In this document: piece by piece, positions 1 through 10,042 of the stretch
Position numbering within the stretch: position 1 is the stretch's first letter
Layout of the letters: each line of letters begins with the position of its first letter
Origin: an uncultured candidate division Zixibacteria bacterium
Lineage (GTDB): Bacteria > Zixibacteria > MSB-5A5 > GN15 > FEB-12
Direction of reading: 5' to 3'
NCBI GenBank assembly: GCA_963806185.1
Contig: CAWDXE010000007.1
Location: forward strand, 672,001 to 736,000
Length of the DNA stretch: 64,000 bases
Translations under genes and position numbers: made by a program
Notes under the pieces: generated by a model
The model's input: only the letters and a program-made list of their open reading frames with translations
Databases searched by the model: none
Told to the model about the DNA's origin: nothing

Positions 1-1016
1 ATTTTGCCTCACTCTGGCGAGTCTCGGCCCGTCGAAAAGTCGCGGCGATATTGAAGTCCACCCCGGCCGATGCCGTCTTCACCGTAGCGGTTCCCTTCAC
101 CAGCCACCTCGTGTTTCAGTCGCTGCGAGACAAATTCCCGCATGTACGATGGATCGCCGATAATGGCGATCCGTTCAGTTTTGCCGAAGATCCTGCTCCC
201 AATAATCTCCGACTGTACCGCCTTCGAAACGCCTCCGCCGAACATGAGGTCGGTCGGAAGGCCGACGCATTCACCGTGACGACCGAATCCACACGGCGCG
301 AATACGCCCGGCTGTTTCCGGACATAGCCGAAAAGCTGCTGGTCATCGGACCGATGCTCTCCGCCCCGAAAACGACACACACGGCTTCGACCGTGTTTCC
401 AGCGGACGACGTCATCCGGTTGCTGTACGTAGGCACGTTGTACAGGCATCTTCGTAACCCCCGATTCCTACTTCAGCTCTTTTCCGCCGTAAGAGTTCGT
501 TTGAAGAATAAGAGAGTGGAACTGCACGTGATGGGAGCCGTCAGGGATTGCGCCGACCTGTTGCAGGATTTCAAGAGTCACCTTGGCTCGGCCCTGGCCC
601 TGCATGGACTGGTTGATCGTATGGTGGTCTCCCAAGCGATCAACAGCGCGGCCGTTCTGGTAAACATCGGGAATGACAATTCCACTCAGTTGCCGAGCAA
701 GGTGGTCGACTATGTCAGCACCGGCCGACCGATCATCAATATCGCCACGCGGCCCGACGACAGTTCGCATGAATTCTTCGTCGGCTACCCCGCCTATCTC
801 AATTTTGTGGACAACGGGGGGGAACCAACGCAATCCGATGTCGGGCTTTTGGCGGACTTTCTCCAGCACTTGCCCCCCCGGGTCGATGATCAAGTCTGCC
901 GGTCGAAGCTGGCCCCATACGGCGCCGAAGCAATCGTCACGGCCTACGAACGGCTGGCGTTCCCCGGAAGCAAGAGTGCCATGGTGGCGACCGAGAAAGC
1001 TGAGCGTCCGCGATGA
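1..1016 (+). CDS. Glycosyltransferase (GT-B/GT4-like), 5'-truncated by window edge
   Basis: Frame is open from position 3. GT-B C-terminal motifs LLYVGTLY and QLPSKVVDYVSTGRPII; first gene of a polysaccharide cluster. Confidence 0.8.
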   Translation, partial: FASLWRVSARRKVAAILKSTPADAVFTVAVPFTSHLVFQSLRDKFPHVRWIADNGDPFSFAEDPAPNNLRLYRLRNASAEHEVGRKADAFTVTTESTRREYARLFPDIAEKLLVIGPMLSAPKTTHTASTVFPADDVIRLLYVGTLYRHLRNPRFLLQLFSAVRVRLKNKRVELHVMGAVRDCADLLQDFKSHLGSALALHGLVDRMVVSQAINSAAVLVNIGNDNSTQLPSKVVDYVSTGRPIINIATRPDDSSHEFFVGYPAYLNFVDNGGEPTQSDVGLLADFLQHLPPRVDDQVCRSKLAPYGAEAIVTAYERLAFPGSKSAMVATEKAERPR

Positions 1017-2341
1017 AACTTCGGCTGAGCATTGACAAGATTGAAATCGTGCTGTTTTTGTTCCTGACCCTCTTTTCCAATCTATTGGGGCGGGTGTTCA
1101 ACACTCCGGTTTTCAACGGGCTCTATTATTTGTCGCTCGGCCTGATCTTCTTTGACGCAATTCGTCATCGCCCCCCGAACCGGATTCTGTACCTTTCCCT
1201 GGGACTCATGGTGCTGTTCGGGTTGTACATACTCGACCCGCGCACGGCGTTCTCGCGCAATGTCTACACGCTCAAGGACACGATTGCGCCCCTGGCAGGT
1301 TTGTCAATCGGTTTCCTTTTTGCCCGGAACCGGGCGATGCTTCTCAATGCCTTGAATCCGCTCTACTTGCTGTTTGTCGGTTATGCCGTTGTTCAACAGA
1401 TCGCCTTCTATACGCTCAATTTCGCCAACTGGCTCCCGTGGGATGATGCCTACGTAACACGCCTGCTTGATGACGGCGCCGCTTCGAATCTCTACCAAGG
1501 AGGGTTGCTCCGCTTTTTTGGTCCGATGAATTCATTCATGGAAGGACAGGTGTTCGTTGTCGTGCTCGGCTTGGCGCTGGCGCTGTTCCGGGACGACCTT
1601 CGGCGACGACGGCTCTTCGTCGTCAATATGTTCCTGGCCCTCACGTTTCTCGTGCTGGCCCTGGAGCGCTCGGCCATACTCATGGCGGTCATTGTCCTCG
1701 CGGTCTGGTTGCTGCCGATCGTTGCCCGCCGCCTCAAGTATGTTGCTGCAGCCTTGTTCCTGGTGCCCGTGTGCGTGGTTTTGATAGGGATATTTGCCGA
1801 GTCGTATATTCGTGAGGATCCAGCCTTGTCATATGCCTACGATCGGTTGGAGAGTGCGGTCACGCTCGACTTTTCCGGTGACGATGCGTTGCGCGAGCGT
1901 GTCGAGAGCAACTGGCAGCAGGCGGCACACATCGCCAAAACCGAGTACTTCGGCATCGGACCCGGTCGAGTGACGCCCAGTTCAAGAAGCGCGCCCGATT
2001 ATATCGGTCCCCACAATAACTATCTCCTGTACCACCTGGCGTACGGCGTACTCGGCCTCATTGGATTTGTCGTTCTGATCGTCCAGGCGCTGGAGAGTTT
2101 CCGAATCGGTCGAGCGACCGTTCGATACTTCGGTTTTGGCCTCATCGGCGCCTATTGCCTGATGGCCTGGTTCAACCTGCCTTTCGCCTCGCGTAATGGA
2201 ACAATGTTCTTCGTGCTGCTCGGTCTTCTGCTGGCGGTGTCAGCGGATGAAACGGGCAGGGGACATGACCGGCGCTTCACTTCCCGGCTGCCGGCCGAAA
2301 CCGACGAACTCACGGCCCATTCGACATCGGGACGCCCATGA
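1013..2341 (+). CDS. O-antigen ligase/polymerase (Wzy/WaaL-like) membrane protein
   Basis: About 10-12 hydrophobic segments, large periplasmic loop, FGIGPG...PHNNYL...YGVLG Wzy_C-type motif; ATGA overlaps with neighbours. Confidence 0.75.
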   Translation: MKLRLSIDKIEIVLFLFLTLFSNLLGRVFNTPVFNGLYYLSLGLIFFDAIRHRPPNRILYLSLGLMVLFGLYILDPRTAFSRNVYTLKDTIAPLAGLSIGFLFARNRAMLLNALNPLYLLFVGYAVVQQIAFYTLNFANWLPWDDAYVTRLLDDGAASNLYQGGLLRFFGPMNSFMEGQVFVVVLGLALALFRDDLRRRRLFVVNMFLALTFLVLALERSAILMAVIVLAVWLLPIVARRLKYVAAALFLVPVCVVLIGIFAESYIREDPALSYAYDRLESAVTLDFSGDDALRERVESNWQQAAHIAKTEYFGIGPGRVTPSSRSAPDYIGPHNNYLLYHLAYGVLGLIGFVVLIVQALESFRIGRATVRYFGFGLIGAYCLMAWFNLPFASRNGTMFFVLLGLLLAVSADETGRGHDRRFTSRLPAETDELTAHSTSGRP

Positions 2342-3612
2342 CCGATCACTCTCAGGCCGATTCTTCGAGCCCGTCACGCATGTCCGGTTTGACGGTCGTG
2401 ATTGTCAACGACTTTGCGTATGTCAACGGCGGCGCGGCTCAAGTAGCGCTGGCCTCGGCCGAGGGACTTGTCGCGCGCGGCGTCAATGTCGTGCTCTTCT
2501 CGGCGGTTGGGCCGGTGGCGAAATCGCTGTACCGTTCAGGCATAGAAATCAACTGCCTAGGCCAGCAAGAGATTGCCCGGGACCCGAACCGATGGCGCGC
2601 GATCACGCAGGGACTCTGGAACGATCTGGCCGCAACTCGCCTGACTGAGCTTCTGCGCGGGCTCGACCCCGGGCGCACGATTGTGCATGTCCATGGGTGG
2701 ACGAAGGCGCTGTCGTCAAGCGTGTTCCGTGCGAGCCGGCAAGCCGGATTGCCGCTCGTCGTGACCATGCACGATTACTTCCTGGCCTGTCCCAACGGAG
2801 GATTCTTCAATTACCCGGCCAACAAGATTTGTCATTTGACAGCCATGTCTCCCTACTGTCTGGCGACGAACTGTGACAAACACGGATACTCGCAGAAGCT
2901 CTATCGAGTTGCCCGCCAGGCATCCCAACGCACCCGTGGCGGGGTACCACACGAGGTACGGAATTACATAGCGCTTTCAGAGTTGGGGGAGAATACGCTT
3001 CGGCCGTATCTACCAAAGGACGCCCGTGTCTTTCGACTCAATAATCCAATCTGGATCGAGGCATCATCGCCCGCGGACGTCGCCGGCAACAAGTTGTTTC
3101 TGGCCGTCGGCCGCCTTTCGCATGAGAAAGGACCGTTCCTCTTTGCTGAAGCGGCCCGAAGGTGCGGTGTGAGCGCTGTGTGGGTTGGAGACGGTGAGCT
3201 GCGCGAACAACTGACCGCACGGTATCCGGAAGTCCAGGTAACGGGGTGGCTTTCGCCGCGCGAAGTGATTGGTTATCTTAAGGCGTCGCGGGCCCTCGTA
3301 TTCGCATCGCTCAGCTATGAGGCTCAGCCAATGGTCACATTTGAAGCGGCCGCCTCGGGCGTTCCGGCGATCGTATCTGATACCTGTGCGGCACGCGAAT
3401 TTGTGGAGGAAGGCAAAACCGGCCTCTGGTACAGGGGCGGGGACAGCGCAAGTCTGGCGGAGAATATCAGTAGGCTCAAGGATGAGAAGATCGCCGCGTC
3501 ACTCGGAGCTGAGGCGTACCGCCGCTACTGGCAGGATCCCCCGACCCTGGAGCGTCACGTGTCCGGCCTGGAGCAGATATACGCGGAGATACTCGGGTCA
3601 CACCGACGATGA
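2338..3612 (+). CDS. Glycosyltransferase family 4
   Basis: NGGA N-terminal motif, TMHDY, VGRLSHEKG, E-x7-E motif (YEAQPMVTFEA). Confidence 0.9.
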   Translation: MTDHSQADSSSPSRMSGLTVVIVNDFAYVNGGAAQVALASAEGLVARGVNVVLFSAVGPVAKSLYRSGIEINCLGQQEIARDPNRWRAITQGLWNDLAATRLTELLRGLDPGRTIVHVHGWTKALSSSVFRASRQAGLPLVVTMHDYFLACPNGGFFNYPANKICHLTAMSPYCLATNCDKHGYSQKLYRVARQASQRTRGGVPHEVRNYIALSELGENTLRPYLPKDARVFRLNNPIWIEASSPADVAGNKLFLAVGRLSHEKGPFLFAEAARRCGVSAVWVGDGELREQLTARYPEVQVTGWLSPREVIGYLKASRALVFASLSYEAQPMVTFEAAASGVPAIVSDTCAAREFVEEGKTGLWYRGGDSASLAENISRLKDEKIAASLGAEAYRRYWQDPPTLERHVSGLEQIYAEILGSHRR

Positions 3613-3655
3613 CTCAAGCTGGGTCGATCCGTGGTCGATCCTAATGTATTGAGAT

Positions 3656-4822
3656 ATGAAAACAGCGATTGTTCATGACTGGCTGGTGGTTTTCGGTGGT
3701 GCGGAGCGGGTGCTGGAACAGATGCTCAAGCGGTACCCGGACGCCGACCTGTATTCGCTGTTCGATTTTCTTCCTCCGGATGGTCGGCACTTCATCAACA
3801 ACAAGTCGGTGACCACCTCCTGTCTGCAGCGCCTGCCGTTTGCCCGGACGCGATATCGCTCCTATCTCCCGTTCTTTCCGTATGCGATTGAGCAGTTTGA
3901 TTTGTCCGGATATGATCTGGTCATTTCCTCTTCGTACTGCGTGGCCAAGGGGGTGATTACGGGACCTGATCAACTGCATGTCTGCATGTGCTATTCGCCG
4001 ATGCGCTACGCCTGGGACCTGAAACATCAGTATCTCAAGGAAGCCAACCTGGAAAAGGGTATCTCCGGACTGGCGGCCAAATATCTTCTTCACCGATTGA
4101 AGAAGTGGGATGCGCTCACGGCCAACGGGGTGGACGAATTCATCGCCATCTCCGAATTCATTGCTCGTCGCATCTTCAAGGCATACCGTCGCGACTCAAC
4201 TGTTATCTACCCGCCGGTGGATGTATCCACTTATGCGCTTCATCCGAAGAAGGACGATTTCTATTTGACCGCCTCGCGGCTCGTTCCGTACAAGAAGATC
4301 GATTTGATTGTCGAGACCTTCACCCAGATGCCGGACAGACAATTGATCGTGATCGGCGATGGCCCGGAATATCGCAAGATCAAGCACAAGGCTGGATCGA
4401 ATGTACAGCTGCTGGGCTATCAGCCGCCCGATGTCCTGCGCTATCATATGCAACGGGCACGCGCATTCGTCTTCGCCGCCGAAGAGGACTTCGGGATTGT
4501 GCCACTCGAGGCTCAGGCCTGCGGAACACCGGTTATCGCGTACGGAAAGGGGGGAGCCTTGGAGTCAATTTTGCCCGACAAAACCGGCGTATTCTTCGAG
4601 ATTCAGGATGTCGCCAGCCTTAGGGCGGCGGTTCAGCGGTTCGACCGATTGCAACCCTCCTTCGATCCTGCGAGTGTTCGCGCGAATGCGCTTCGGTTTT
4701 CGACGGAGCGGTTTCAACGGGAGTTTGGTCAATTCATGGATGCTGCCATCCGGCGTTTTCAGCAAGATTGGCAGCGCCGACCGGAACCTCTTTCCCAATC
4801 AGTCGGGAAGCGGTTTCCCTGA
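3656..4822 (+). CDS. Glycosyltransferase family 4 (WbaZ-like mannosyltransferase)
   Basis: HDWL..GGAERVL, SPMRYAWD, SRLVPYKKID, EEDFGIVPLEAQACG. Confidence 0.9.
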   Translation: MKTAIVHDWLVVFGGAERVLEQMLKRYPDADLYSLFDFLPPDGRHFINNKSVTTSCLQRLPFARTRYRSYLPFFPYAIEQFDLSGYDLVISSSYCVAKGVITGPDQLHVCMCYSPMRYAWDLKHQYLKEANLEKGISGLAAKYLLHRLKKWDALTANGVDEFIAISEFIARRIFKAYRRDSTVIYPPVDVSTYALHPKKDDFYLTASRLVPYKKIDLIVETFTQMPDRQLIVIGDGPEYRKIKHKAGSNVQLLGYQPPDVLRYHMQRARAFVFAAEEDFGIVPLEAQACGTPVIAYGKGGALESILPDKTGVFFEIQDVASLRAAVQRFDRLQPSFDPASVRANALRFSTERFQREFGQFMDAAIRRFQQDWQRRPEPLSQSVGKRFP

Positions 4823-4976
4823 CCTGTAGACTTCAACAATCGCCGCCTTCAGCGACCCCCGTAAGCAATTGCGAAACAACGTATTGTGCGGGTTGTGCTT
4901 TGAGTGCGTTTTGGCACGCATTGTGATATAGTCATACGAGACAATCAGGGAGGATTGTGTGTCGACACGTGTGACT

Positions 4977-6056
4977 ATGCATCGAAGCGAATCTGAATCC
5001 ATCGAGACCTTGTCCCCGCGGCGCGAATTCACGATCAACGGATACGAGTTGGCGCAAATGGCCATTCGCAACCGATGGTTGATTATGATAGCCGCCGTAT
5101 CAGTCATGATGCTGACGGCTACTGTCGTCTTTCTCATGCCCAATCGTTACGTTTCGACCGCAACCATTCTGCCGTCAGTTGAGGGGAACAGCCTGAGCGA
5201 ACTGCGATCGCTTGCCGGACTCGCCGGAATCATGCCCAAGGATAACAATCCATCGGCATTGTTCCCTACCATTCTTGGCAGCCGCATGATGTACGACAAT
5301 CTGTTGGCCAGAGACCTCACCTATCAGGTCGACGGTCGAAGCGTCAGTACGTCTTTGGCGGAATACTTCGGGGAAACCAATCCTGATCGTCTGCGCGATG
5401 CGCTGGCGGGCGTGACATCCGTTTCGACCGACAAGAAGACCGGCGTAATTAGTCTGGGCGTGGAGACAACGTCGCCCTCCTTGTCGCAAGGCATCCTCAC
5501 CGCTTATCTGACGGAGCTCGAGGACTACAACCTCAACAGACGTCAGTCGCAGGCCAAAGAAAACGCGCTCTATCTGGAACGACAGATGACGGCGCGAACG
5601 ATTTCACTCAAAGCCGCGGAAGATTCGATGGAATATTTCCAGAGCAGAAACCGGGACTGGACAATGTCGAGCGACCCGGAAGTTGGCACGATCATCGGTC
5701 GACTTCAGCGCGAGGTGGAAGTGAATAACACCGCGTACCTGTTCCTGCGACAACAATATGAAATCGCCCAGCTTGAGACGCAAAAGGACATCCCGATAGT
5801 CAGAGTCCTGGATGAACCGTCACTTCCGACTATCAAGTCAGGGCCACGCCGCATAAGTATGATCGCCGCCGCCGGCCTGGTAACCATGATCTTCATGACG
5901 CTCTTGATCTTCATTGTCAACCGCATGCGTCACAGAACGCGCGCCGATCTGGACTACACGGCCCTCCGAGACGAAATCAGCTCCGTGTTTCCGGTGACCA
6001 ATCGTCTGGCCAGTCGCCTTGGCCGAACAGTTCGTCCAGCTAGAACGACCAGTTAA
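4977..6056 (+). CDS. Polysaccharide chain-length determinant (Wzz/GNVR-type co-polymerase)
   Basis: TM near N-terminus followed by P..Y.STATILP, coiled coil, VRVLDEPSLP..KSGP and second TM; start could be GTG 4959 or ATG 4977. Confidence 0.8.
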   Translation: MHRSESESIETLSPRREFTINGYELAQMAIRNRWLIMIAAVSVMMLTATVVFLMPNRYVSTATILPSVEGNSLSELRSLAGLAGIMPKDNNPSALFPTILGSRMMYDNLLARDLTYQVDGRSVSTSLAEYFGETNPDRLRDALAGVTSVSTDKKTGVISLGVETTSPSLSQGILTAYLTELEDYNLNRRQSQAKENALYLERQMTARTISLKAAEDSMEYFQSRNRDWTMSSDPEVGTIIGRLQREVEVNNTAYLFLRQQYEIAQLETQKDIPIVRVLDEPSLPTIKSGPRRISMIAAAGLVTMIFMTLLIFIVNRMRHRTRADLDYTALRDEISSVFPVTNRLASRLGRTVRPARTTS

Positions 6057-6184
6057 GTCGATGGGTGCCTTGGGCCCGGTTTGACTTTCCAACCGCTCTT
6101 TTCCGTTGCTTTTTGCCCATGCCCGCTATATGTTGGCGTTCCGTCTTTAGAACCGGGCCGGGGAAACCCGCCTGGGCATGAGTT

Positions 6185-6266
6185 GGTGGGGTTCCCGAGC
6201 GGCCAAAGGGAACAGACTGTAAATCTGTCGGCGATGCCTTCGAAGGTTCAAATCCTTCCCCCACCA
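6185..6266 (+). tRNA. tRNA-Tyr(GTA), CCA not encoded
   Basis: Acceptor GGTGGGG/CCCCACC, anticodon arm ACAGA-CTGTAAA-TCTGT, long variable arm, T-arm GAAGG-TTCAAAT-CCTTC, discriminator A followed by CTTT. Confidence 0.97.
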
Positions 6267-6357
6267 CTTTGATCACGTATCTGCCGCCACGAAACTTTCC
6301 ACGCCGCCTACTTCTGCTTTCGCACACGTTTGAGTCAACATATACTATTCGCCTCGT

Positions 6358-7731
6358 ATGGTGACGACGCTGACCAAGAAGCCGACTGATTACACCGAGG
6401 GGCCGGTCCTGGGATCGATTCTGAAAATGGGGCTGCCCTCCATGTTCGGCTTTCTTACCCAGCATCTCTACTCGTTCATCAACATGTTCTGGTTGTCGCG
6501 GTTGCCGGAAGGGGAGAGCGCGGTTGCCGCCGTCACCTTCTTTCAGAACATGATGTGGGTATTCTTTTCGATCAATTCCCTGATCGGCCCGGGTTCGGTC
6601 GCCATCATCTCGCGTCGGTATGGCGAAAGAGAATATGATCGGTGCGAAAAAGCGATCAAAGAGACGATCGTGCTCAAGTTGATTTCAGGTCTCCTGTTTA
6701 GTGCCCTCGGCTTCTTCTTCATGGACTTTACGCTGCGATTCTTGGGCGCCACCGGCGACTCCTTCACCCTCGCTCACAGTTACGGCAAGATTGTCATCCT
6801 GCTGCTTCCGGTATCCTTCAGCGCCTATTCGATATTTACCGCCATGCGCGGAGTGGCCAACCCTCATATGGCGATGTCGCTTATGATTGGATCGAACGTT
6901 CTCAATCTGATTCTCGATCCCTTCCTGATCTTTGGCTGGTGGGGCCTTCCCGCACTCGGGATAGTCGGCGCGGCATGGGCAACGGTCATATCGTTCACGG
7001 TCTGTTTTCTGGCCGGTATGGTGCTCTTCTACGGCGGGTACACAAACGTTCGACTTCGTATTACCGGGGGACTTCGCTTGGGCCTGGATTCAATGTGGCA
7101 ACTGATTCGTATTGGCATCCCGGCCTGGTTGGGGGAGACGCTGTGGTCGCTGTCTCGCACAATTGTAGTCCCCATGATTGCCGGCTTTGGCACGAGCGTG
7201 GTCGCGGCCTATGGCATAGGCATGCAAGTACTTGGTATTGGTATCGCGGTACTCGTGGGGATCGGTCTCGGACTCTCGTCGTTAATTGGTCACAATGTCG
7301 GGGCAGGGAAGTACGAGCGGGCGAAAAAGACGGCCGATCTGGCCATTGGCTTTTCCGCGCTCACCATGGCGATTCTCGGGATCATCATGTTCTTATTGGC
7401 ACGGCAGATAATGAACGTGTTTTTCACATCGCCGGAGACCATTGCGGAAGGGGTGGTCATGCTTCGCATCTTCGCAGTCTCCTTCCCGTTCATTGGCGTA
7501 TTTCTGATGTCGGAAAACGTCTACCACGGGGTCGGCATGAACATGCCGGTCATGGTCATTAATATTATTCATGCTTGGGGATTCCAGGTGTTGCCGATCT
7601 GGTTTGTCACTACCCGGCTCGGTTGGTCGCAGGTTGCTGTCTGGTGGGTATTCTGCATCGCTTCTTTCGTCAGTGCCTGCCTGTTCTTCTCCTACTACCG
7701 ACACGGCTCCTGGCTGCAGGCCAAAGTCTGA
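6358..7731 (+). CDS. MATE family efflux transporter
   Basis: About 12 TM; DYTEGPV start, NLILDPFLIFG..GIVGAAWAT, IGHNVGAGKYERA repeat pattern. Confidence 0.92.
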   Translation: MVTTLTKKPTDYTEGPVLGSILKMGLPSMFGFLTQHLYSFINMFWLSRLPEGESAVAAVTFFQNMMWVFFSINSLIGPGSVAIISRRYGEREYDRCEKAIKETIVLKLISGLLFSALGFFFMDFTLRFLGATGDSFTLAHSYGKIVILLLPVSFSAYSIFTAMRGVANPHMAMSLMIGSNVLNLILDPFLIFGWWGLPALGIVGAAWATVISFTVCFLAGMVLFYGGYTNVRLRITGGLRLGLDSMWQLIRIGIPAWLGETLWSLSRTIVVPMIAGFGTSVVAAYGIGMQVLGIGIAVLVGIGLGLSSLIGHNVGAGKYERAKKTADLAIGFSALTMAILGIIMFLLARQIMNVFFTSPETIAEGVVMLRIFAVSFPFIGVFLMSENVYHGVGMNMPVMVINIIHAWGFQVLPIWFVTTRLGWSQVAVWWVFCIASFVSACLFFSYYRHGSWLQAKV

Positions 7732-7795
7732 TCTCTCCTCCTCACAATTCCTCGTCGACTGTCGATAATGTGCTCATAGGACCTGTTCGACAGCT

Positions 7796-9109
7796 ATGAA
7801 TACTGCGACCATTCTGGAACCTGTCGTTACCCGGGATTTGTCCCGTTCCGACCAGCCGGCCAAGGCTCTCGTCATCGGCCGGATGGGCCTGGTTCGCGGA
7901 CTCGGAAGGCAGGGAATTCATGTTGCCCTGGCCCGGGAAAACCCGGCCGAAGTTGAGCGGTATTCCCGCTATTGCCGGGAGTTCATTCGCCTTCCCAGCA
8001 TGCTTCACGATCGCGAACGGGCGGTTGAGACGCTATGCGCCTTTGGCCGTCGGCAATCCCGCAAGCCGGTCGTGTTTCTGAGCGGAGAATCCGACGTGCT
8101 CCTCTTTTCACACTTTCGGGACACTCTGTCGAACTACTTTGAAATTGTACTCGCGGACCGAGCCTTGCTCGATGCCTTGGTGGACAAGGGGAAATTTGCC
8201 GTACTGGCCGAGCGCTTTGATTTGCCGGTGCCGCGCACCAAGGTCGTCAACAGGGCTGATGAGGCATTCGCTGCCGCCGACCAGTTCGGCTTTCCGTGTA
8301 TTCTCAAACCGATTCGCCAGTCGGACTGGTATCGTCGAGAAATTCGAAATGCTCTTGGCCTCCGCAAGGCGGTACTGATTCAGAGCCAGGTGTCACTCCG
8401 GGCGCTCTATCGCGCTATGCCCGACCCCGGGCAGGTCATGATTCAGCAGTACATTGCCGGTCCGGACACCCAGCACTTCGACTTCCACGGATATTCCGAC
8501 CGAACCGGAACCGTGCGCGGCAGTATCGTGGGCCACAAACTTCGCACCTGGCCCATTCATTTCGGACAGGGTACCTACACGCACTACGTCGACGAACCCG
8601 TTATCACGGAATTGTGTTGCGACGTCTTGTCGCGCATCGGTTACATCGGTGCGTCCAACATCAATCTGAAGCGGGATGCGCTTACCGGTCGGGATTACAT
8701 CCTCGAAATCAACCCGCGGTTCTCATTCTGGGCGATCTTCGATCAAGCGTGCGGCGTCGACCTCATGCGTATGCAGTACAACGAAGCCGTTGGTCTGCCG
8801 GTCGATATCACGATTCCCTTGAAGTCCCCGCGAAGCTGGCTCTGGTTCGAAGGTGACTGGAAAGCTTTTCACGCCTACCGTGAGGCCGGCGAACTGAATT
8901 GGCGCCAGTACCTGCAGAGCTTCCGGCTGGTCAAGGAGACGATCGTTTTCCACACCTGGTCATGGAAAGATCCATTGCCTTCTGCGGTCCTGTTGGCCAG
9001 GCATGTCGGCGTTTTGCCGAAGCGGATAGCCTCAGCCTGCTATCGATGGATAAGGCGACGCCTGCATTTGGATTCGATCCTGGTGGTAAGACCGGGTCGA
9101 CCGACCTAG
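7796..9109 (+). CDS. ATP-grasp ligase (D-aspartate ligase / carboxylate-amine ligase-like)
   Basis: DKGKF..LA...LPVPRT, FPCILKP, MIQQYIAG, ILEINPR. Confidence 0.8.
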   Translation: MNTATILEPVVTRDLSRSDQPAKALVIGRMGLVRGLGRQGIHVALARENPAEVERYSRYCREFIRLPSMLHDRERAVETLCAFGRRQSRKPVVFLSGESDVLLFSHFRDTLSNYFEIVLADRALLDALVDKGKFAVLAERFDLPVPRTKVVNRADEAFAAADQFGFPCILKPIRQSDWYRREIRNALGLRKAVLIQSQVSLRALYRAMPDPGQVMIQQYIAGPDTQHFDFHGYSDRTGTVRGSIVGHKLRTWPIHFGQGTYTHYVDEPVITELCCDVLSRIGYIGASNINLKRDALTGRDYILEINPRFSFWAIFDQACGVDLMRMQYNEAVGLPVDITIPLKSPRSWLWFEGDWKAFHAYREAGELNWRQYLQSFRLVKETIVFHTWSWKDPLPSAVLLARHVGVLPKRIASACYRWIRRRLHLDSILVVRPGRPT

Positions 9110-9876
9110 AGGCAACTCGGCAAGGAATCGATTCCCCCAACAAACAGAAACTGCACCATGGCGGTCAGGTCGGAGATATCGATGACGCCGTCTCCGACTG
9201 CGGGAGACACATCGCTTTCTTCCGGACAGCGGAGCCGCAGGTCGAAATTCAGAAAGAGAAAACCGATCATTACGGTCAAGTCGGAGATATCTATGCCATC
9301 GTCCGGCGACCCGTCAACGTTTCCACGCCCACCCACACAACAGCTATCCTGGAGATCAACGTAGCCGGCTTCAAATTGGGGAACGAATGTCTGGAGTTCG
9401 AAATCCGAGAACCAGGTACTGTGTTCCACGACGTCGACCAGCAGGGTTGTACTGTCGATTCGAATGAGGCCGGTTGTGGCGGTATCCGCCATTGTGACAT
9501 ACATAGTCCCAAACAGACCTCGTCCCGGATAGATGAAAAAGTCCGAGTATGGAAACGCATATGTGGTGATCACACTGTCATAAGTCACCGCTCCCTTGAG
9601 CTGCAGATAATTGACGATACTACCGGTAAACGAGAAGGAGTCCAGGCTCAACGATGGACTTTGCAGTTTGAGAGTGATCTCGATGCCCGAAAGCGGCTGG
9701 TCCGTCACGATACGTATCGGGATTGCCACGTGCGAACCTCTGAGTGCGCGCACTGAATCGACTCGAACAGTATCGGGAAGGTTGGGGTCAGAGATATAGG
9801 TCCGGGCCCGGGTGACTCCGGTGATAACCAGTGTCGCCACTAGGACCTTCAAAAGAATATGTAGACTATGGTTCAC
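9106..9876 (-). CDS. Secreted protein with cohesin-like N-domain and C-terminal dockerin-like domain
   Basis: Signal peptide; beta-rich DTVRVDSV..GSHVAIPIRI...LSGIEITL..DSFSFTGS segment; duplicated Ca-loop/helix GNVDGSPDDGIDISDL / DVSPAVGDGVIDISDL flanked by Cys. Confidence 0.7.
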   Translation of the reverse strand: MNHSLHILLKVLVATLVITGVTRARTYISDPNLPDTVRVDSVRALRGSHVAIPIRIVTDQPLSGIEITLKLQSPSLSLDSFSFTGSIVNYLQLKGAVTYDSVITTYAFPYSDFFIYPGRGLFGTMYVTMADTATTGLIRIDSTTLLVDVVEHSTWFSDFELQTFVPQFEAGYVDLQDSCCVGGRGNVDGSPDDGIDISDLTVMIGFLFLNFDLRLRCPEESDVSPAVGDGVIDISDLTAMVQFLFVGGIDSLPSCL

Positions 9877-10042
9877 CGCTTACAGCACCAAGGTGAGTAC
9901 AATCTCTTGTGAGACAAGCTGTAATATACAACATTCCCCACATTTGGCAAGGCAGAAGTGAATCTCGGTTTCACTTCCAAACAGCAAAGCCGTCGGCTGT
10001 CTGACCGACGGCTGATTCTTGCGCTGATCAGGACTGGTGTGG

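Noticed and set aside
6185..6360. tRNA-Tyr as island integration site
   Set aside because: No integrase and no duplicated tRNA 3' end seen in window
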